Shown: piece by piece, positions 45,178 to 49,712 of the stretch
How positions within the stretch are numbered: position 1 is the stretch's first letter
Layout: each line of letters opens with the position of its first letter
From: Deferrisomatales bacterium
GTDB lineage: Bacteria > Desulfobacterota > Deferrisomatia > Deferrisomatales > JACRMM01
Direction of reading: 5' to 3'
Assembly (NCBI GenBank): GCA_033551855.1
Contig: JAWSUI010000029.1
Location: 1-49,712 of the forward strand
DNA: 49,712 nt
Translations under genes and position numbers: made by a program
Notes under the pieces: model-generated
Database searches by the model: none
What the model saw: the letters and a program-made list of their open reading frames with translations, nothing else
What the model was told of the DNA's origin: nothing

Positions 45178-46338
45178 GTGGCAAGACGAGGACTGGTGCC
45201 GTTCGAGCCGGGCGACCCGGCCCGGTTCGTCTTCCCCGCTTCGTGGGGGGGGAAGGCCCGGTCGGCCGAGCCCTGCGCGGAGGGGACGGTCTGCGAGGTG
45301 GAGGTCCCTGCCCGCCTGCACGCTTCGGTGGCTGACATGAACCGCTTCGGGATCGGCAAGCCCGGCGGCGGGGGACTCGGGTTTGCGGTTGCCCTCCACT
45401 CGCGCGCCCGGGCCGTGATGGGCCGGGGACCGGCCCTGGGGACCTCCGGGTCCCGACCCGCCATCGGCCGCCACCTCTCGGAGCTCTTCCGAGCGCTCAC
45501 CGGCTACGACGGCGGGATCGACCTGGACGTGACCGACCACGGTCACCGGCACATGGGGCTGGGATCCTCTGTGGGCAGCCTCGCCGCCGGGGCGATCGCC
45601 CTGAACGAGGCCCTGGGCCGCCCCGTGGGCCTGCGGGACCTGCGGAAGCTGGTCGCCCACAACTACTGCGAGGAGTCCCCGGGTTCGCCGGACCATCTGG
45701 TGAAAGGGTTCGAAACCAACGTGGGCGCCATGGCGGCGGTTCACGGCGGCATGGTCGTGGCATCCGACGCGTGCGAGCTGATCTACCGCACCGCCCTGCC
45801 CGCCTCCATGAGGGCGCTCCTCCTGGTGCCCAAGCTGGGACCCAAGATCTCCTCCGGGGAGTCCGAGGCGCGGGCCCTGCTGACCCTGGCGCGCGCCGGG
45901 GACCGTCGGGACCGGCAGAAGAAGGCCTACCGGATCTTCATGGACCTGCTCCCGGCCATGATCCGGGGGGACACCGAGGCCGTGGGCGACGTGGTGTGGG
46001 AGCTCGCCGGGCTCGGCTCCAAGCAGGCCGAGTGCCGCCTGCACGGGGACGACGGCCGGGAGATCTACGAAGCCATGGCCCGCCTGCGGCAAGAGGGCGC
46101 CGAGATCGTGGGCATGAGCTCCGTGGGGCCCGCGGTGTTCGCGTTGAGCAGCAGGCCTCGCATCTGGGAGGGTTGGCACTCCGGACAGGAGCAGGGCGTG
46201 TCCGGCTGCGCCCTGGTCGTTCCCGTGGACAACACGGGGGCGAGGGTGCGGCTCGACGGGACCCCGGTGCCCTATCACCTCGAGCCCTGGTGGCACGATC
46301 CCCACGGCACCGCCCGGGGCTTGCCGGCCGGGGACTGA
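45178..46338 (+). CDS. GHMP-kinase superfamily protein, beta-RFAP synthase (MptG)-like
   Basis: PARLH..DMN...GGGLGFA, HMGLGSS and GMSSVGPAVF motifs resemble RFAP synthase. Confidence 0.65.
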   Translation: MARRGLVPFEPGDPARFVFPASWGGKARSAEPCAEGTVCEVEVPARLHASVADMNRFGIGKPGGGGLGFAVALHSRARAVMGRGPALGTSGSRPAIGRHLSELFRALTGYDGGIDLDVTDHGHRHMGLGSSVGSLAAGAIALNEALGRPVGLRDLRKLVAHNYCEESPGSPDHLVKGFETNVGAMAAVHGGMVVASDACELIYRTALPASMRALLLVPKLGPKISSGESEARALLTLARAGDRRDRQKKAYRIFMDLLPAMIRGDTEAVGDVVWELAGLGSKQAECRLHGDDGREIYEAMARLRQEGAEIVGMSSVGPAVFALSSRPRIWEGWHSGQEQGVSGCALVVPVDNTGARVRLDGTPVPYHLEPWWHDPHGTARGLPAGD

Positions 46339-46382
46339 CGGGAAGTGCACGAGCGGGGCTCGCCCCCGCGGGGAAACGGCCC

Positions 46383-47825
46383 ATGACGCACGAGAACCGG
46401 ATTCTGGTGGTGGACGACGAGGCCGGGATGACCGACCTCCTGCGGCGGGTCCTGACGGCACGGGGGCATGCGGTCACCTGCAGTCGCTCGGCCGAGGAGG
46501 CCGCCGACCGCCTCGCCGTCGAGCCCTTCGACCTCGTGGTCACCGACCTGGTGATGGGGGGCAAGGGGGGCGAGCAGCTCGTCCGGAAGGTCCGTGAGGA
46601 ACACCCGGACACGGAGATCATCGTGGTCACCGCCCACGCGTCGGTGGACTCGGCGATCGAGGTGATGAAGCTCGGGGCCTTCGACTACCTGCGAAAACCC
46701 CTGCTGACCGAGGAGCTCCTCCACGCGGTGACCCGGGCCCTGGAGATCAAGGGGCTGCGGGACGAGGTGCGCACCCTGCGCCGGGAGCGGGAGAACGTCC
46801 AACTGAACGGCAAGATTTTGGGCCGCAGCCCGGCGATGCAGCAGCTCTTCGTCAAGGTCCGGCGCGCCGCCCGCACGGACGCCACCGTGCTCCTGGAAGG
46901 GGAGTCGGGCACGGGCAAGGAGCTCTTCGCGCGGGCGCTGCACGCGGAGTCCCCCCGGGCGGGCGGACCGTTCCTGGCCGTCAATTGCGGCGCCATCCCC
47001 GGGGAGCTTCTCGAGAGCGAGCTCTTCGGCCACGCGAAGGGCGCATTCACCGGCGCCCACCGGGAGCGCAAGGGCTACTTCGAGGCGGCCTCCGGGGGGA
47101 CCCTGCTCCTCGACGAGGTGGGGGAGATGGAGCCGCGCCTCCAGGTGCGGCTGCTGCGGGTCCTGCAGGAGGGGCAGATCACCCCCGTGGGCGAGACGCG
47201 CACGCGGCCGGTAGACGTGCGCATCGTCGCGGCCACCAACAAGAACCTGCGGGACGAGGTCCGCCACGGCGCCTTCCGGCGGGACCTCTACTACCGCCTG
47301 CACGTGGTGCACCTGGAGATCCCCCCGCTCCGGGAGCGTCGCGAGGACATTCTGCTCCTCGCCCACGCCTTCCTCCAGCAGTGCGCAAAGCGGTACGGGA
47401 AGGCCTTCCAGGACATCGACCCCGCCGCCGCCCTGATCCTGCAGCGCTATGACTACCCCGGCAATGTGCGGGAGCTCGAGAACATCGTGGAGAGCGCCGT
47501 GGTGATCGGCACGGGGAAAGTGCTGCACCCCGCACATCTGCGGGAGGCCATGGGTGCGGAGCTGTTCGAGGAGCTCGGCCAGGAGCCCGAGGCGCTCGAG
47601 CTGCCCCTGGAGGAAGCCCTCACCCGGGTGGTGGAGCGGTTCGAGCGAGACTACCTGGAGGGGCAGTTGCGGAGGTTCGGCGGCAGGATCCAGCGGGTCG
47701 CCCGCGCGGCGGGCCTGTCGCGACGGACCGTGGAGCGCAGGATGCGCAAGTATGCCCTGGAGCGCGCCGCCTTCCTCCCCACCGGGTCGGCCCGCGGGGC
47801 CGGCGCGGATCCCAGGGGGGATTGA
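46383..47825 (+). CDS. Sigma54-dependent response regulator (NtrC family)
   Basis: REC domain (VVDDE, TDLVM), [31 protein letters not shown] and C-terminal HTH. Confidence 0.93.
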   Translation: MTHENRILVVDDEAGMTDLLRRVLTARGHAVTCSRSAEEAADRLAVEPFDLVVTDLVMGGKGGEQLVRKVREEHPDTEIIVVTAHASVDSAIEVMKLGAFDYLRKPLLTEELLHAVTRALEIKGLRDEVRTLRRERENVQLNGKILGRSPAMQQLFVKVRRAARTDATVLLEGESGTGKELFARALHAESPRAGGPFLAVNCGAIPGELLESELFGHAKGAFTGAHRERKGYFEAASGGTLLLDEVGEMEPRLQVRLLRVLQEGQITPVGETRTRPVDVRIVAATNKNLRDEVRHGAFRRDLYYRLHVVHLEIPPLRERREDILLLAHAFLQQCAKRYGKAFQDIDPAAALILQRYDYPGNVRELENIVESAVVIGTGKVLHPAHLREAMGAELFEELGQEPEALELPLEEALTRVVERFERDYLEGQLRRFGGRIQRVARAAGLSRRTVERRMRKYALERAAFLPTGSARGAGADPRGD

Positions 47826-47831
47826 GGGCCC

Positions 47832-49115
47832 TCAGGGCTCCTCCAAGGCCAGATCCGCCCAGGTCACCCCTCCCAACCCCTCCTCCAACATGGCCCGCAG
47901 CCGGGCCTGGAACACCGGCGCCGCCCCGTCGGGGCGCGAGAGCTGGGCAACGAGGTCGAGCAGCTCGGCCGCAGGGGTGCGGTCCGGGGACCGGGCCGGG
48001 AGGAGCCCAGGCGGTTCGTCCTGGGTCGCGGCCAGGAGCCCGACCTCGTACAGGCGGTGGATGACGCGGGAGGCCTCCTCCGGGTGCAGGTCGAGATCCG
48101 ACACGAGGTCCTGCTCCTGGTGGGGCGGGGCGCCCGTCTCGAACCTCCTTGCCACGGCGAGCAGGATGGCCAACGCCACGTCCAGGCGCGGCACCCAGAG
48201 CTCGTTGCGCACCCTGAGGTAGCGGCCCCGGCCGGGGAGCTGGTGGACGAAGGCGAGCTCTGCCCCCAACAACACGATACACCAGCTCAGGTAGACCCAG
48301 GCCAGGAGCAGGGGGAGCTGCGCCATGGCGCCGTAAATGGCGTTGTAGCGCGTGATGCCGAACTGAAACCGGACGTACAACACCTCCGCCACCTGCCAGA
48401 CACCCCCGGCCACAGCCCCCGCCAGCAGGGCCGAGACCAGGGGAACCCGCCGGTTCGGCATGATCAGGTACAGAGCGGTAAAGGCGATCCACACCGCCAG
48501 AAAGGGAAGCGACTTCACGAGGGTCGGCACCGCGTCCCCCAGGATGAAGAGACGCTCCCGTACCGCAGCGCTCTCAAGGGTGGTGGTGACACTCAGGCTC
48601 AGGAGCAGGAGCACCGGCCCCACCACCAGGAGGGCGGTGTAGTCCGAGACCTTACGGATCAGGCTCCGACCGCGGCGGATCTGCCAGATGTCGTTGAACG
48701 AGAGCTCGATGTTGCTCAGCACGCTCACCGCGGTCAGGAGGAGCGCCACGAGCCCCACCGCCCCCAGGGCCCCCACCTTGGTGCGGTCGACGTACTCCAG
48801 GACGCGGGACACCACCTCCTCGTTCCCCACGGCCAAGTGCTCCAGGAGCAGCGGTTCCAGGCGCTCCTGGACCCCGAGGCCCTTGAGCACCGAAAACATG
48901 AAGGCCAGGAGGGGCACGAGGCTCAAGAGGGTGGCGTAGGTCAAGGCCGACGCGCGCAGAAACGCCCGGTCCTGCTGGAACTTCCACAGGGTGACGCCCG
49001 CCACCCGAAACGCTTCCGCCGCGAAGCCGTGGTCGTCCCTTCCCCACAGGAGCTCCTCGACCCGCGTCAGGAGGCGCTGCAGCCGACCCGAGCCACCCGT
49101 CGCCGCGGTCCCCAT
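47832..49115 (-). CDS. YihY/BrkB-family membrane protein with C-terminal winged-helix extension
   Basis: RASALTYATLLSLVP, IELSFNDIW and YNAIYGAMAQLP..W.YLSW.IVLLGAE. Confidence 0.9.
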   Translation of the reverse strand: MGTAATGGSGRLQRLLTRVEELLWGRDDHGFAAEAFRVAGVTLWKFQQDRAFLRASALTYATLLSLVPLLAFMFSVLKGLGVQERLEPLLLEHLAVGNEEVVSRVLEYVDRTKVGALGAVGLVALLLTAVSVLSNIELSFNDIWQIRRGRSLIRKVSDYTALLVVGPVLLLLSLSVTTTLESAAVRERLFILGDAVPTLVKSLPFLAVWIAFTALYLIMPNRRVPLVSALLAGAVAGGVWQVAEVLYVRFQFGITRYNAIYGAMAQLPLLLAWVYLSWCIVLLGAELAFVHQLPGRGRYLRVRNELWVPRLDVALAILLAVARRFETGAPPHQEQDLVSDLDLHPEEASRVIHRLYEVGLLAATQDEPPGLLPARSPDRTPAAELLDLVAQLSRPDGAAPVFQARLRAMLEEGLGGVTWADLALEEP

Positions 49116-49712
49116 CTACCCCTCCCCACCGCTACGCGCCGAAAGACGCTCCAGCAGCTCCGCCCGGCGCCCCTTCGCCTCCGCCGAGAACCACCACCGA
49201 CCGAACTCCTCGTCCACCCGGTCATCGGCCTCCTCGAGGGCCCGGCACACGGGCCCTCTCAGCGCCTGTCGGATCGCGCGCAGGGCGTCGCGCGGCTTCT
49301 CGGCCAGCTCCCGGGCCTCCCCCAGGGCCGACGCGAGCAATTCGTCCGGGGGTACGAGGCGGTCCGCGAACCCTGCGGTCAGCGCCTCGCGGGGGGAGTA
49401 CAGGCGGCCGAACAGACCGGCCTCCAACGCCCTGTGGTCCCCCGCCGCCGCCCGGAGCAAGTGATGCACCCCCGCGGGCAGGGGCAGGGCCAAGTCCACC
49501 TCGGTGAGGCCGAACCTCCCGTCCCCGTCGGCGAGGAATCGGCGATCGCAGGCCAGGGCCAGGATCGCCCCCCCCGCGACGGCATGCCCCCCCACTGCCG
49601 CCACCGCCGGCAGCGCCCCCCCGAAGATCCTGCGGTAGAGCGCCGCGAAGGACGCGATGAACGGCCCGAAACGGTCCGGCGGGAGGACATCGAGAGCCTT
49701 GAGGTCGAAGCC
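49116..49712 (-). CDS. Enoyl-CoA hydratase/isomerase family protein (5' end outside window)
   Basis: Open frame to the window edge: GFDL...AAVGGHAVAGGAILALACDRR..GLTEVDL. Confidence 0.85.
   Translation of the reverse strand, partial: GFDLKALDVLPPDRFGPFIASFAALYRRIFGGALPAVAAVGGHAVAGGAILALACDRRFLADGDGRFGLTEVDLALPLPAGVHHLLRAAAGDHRALEAGLFGRLYSPREALTAGFADRLVPPDELLASALGEARELAEKPRDALRAIRQALRGPVCRALEEADDRVDEEFGRWWFSAEAKGRRAELLERLSARSGGEG

Overview
A very GC-rich bacterial window, with the gene style of an anaerobic deltaproteobacterium (possibly Deferrisoma-like; this taxonomy is inference only). It is dominated by an anaerobic phenol/hydroxyaromatic degradation region. Phenylphosphate synthase ppsAB (24795-27818, no ppsC) and the phenylphosphate carboxylase operon ppcB-ppcD-ppcA-ppcC-ubiD-ubiX (36954-43107) are separated by about 7 kb of unrelated stress/housekeeping genes. 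Two separate 4-hydroxybenzoyl-CoA-reductase-like molybdoenzyme operons are present, each with its own CoA ligase; only one FAD subunit carries the HcrB [4Fe-4S] loop. The region also has an outer-membrane SphA/MetA-type channel, a TRAP transporter and IclR, LysR and two-component sigma54 regulators with recognisable promoters and operators. The most unusual accessory genes are a flavin reductase plus an archaeal-type CTP-dependent riboflavin kinase fused to a HAD phosphatase (candidate prenylated-FMN supply module), an RFAP-synthase/GHMP-like gene, and an internally duplicated protein leading the pps operon. A UGA-containing DsbA/FrnE selenoprotein with a SECIS-like hairpin is truncated by the ORF track. 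Intergenic DNA holds a 3-copy ~205-bp MITE-like element, REP-like palindromes and 7-/9-mer repeats. No rRNA, tRNA or CRISPR array was seen. Family assignments rest on motifs and on recalled reference proteins, not on database searches.
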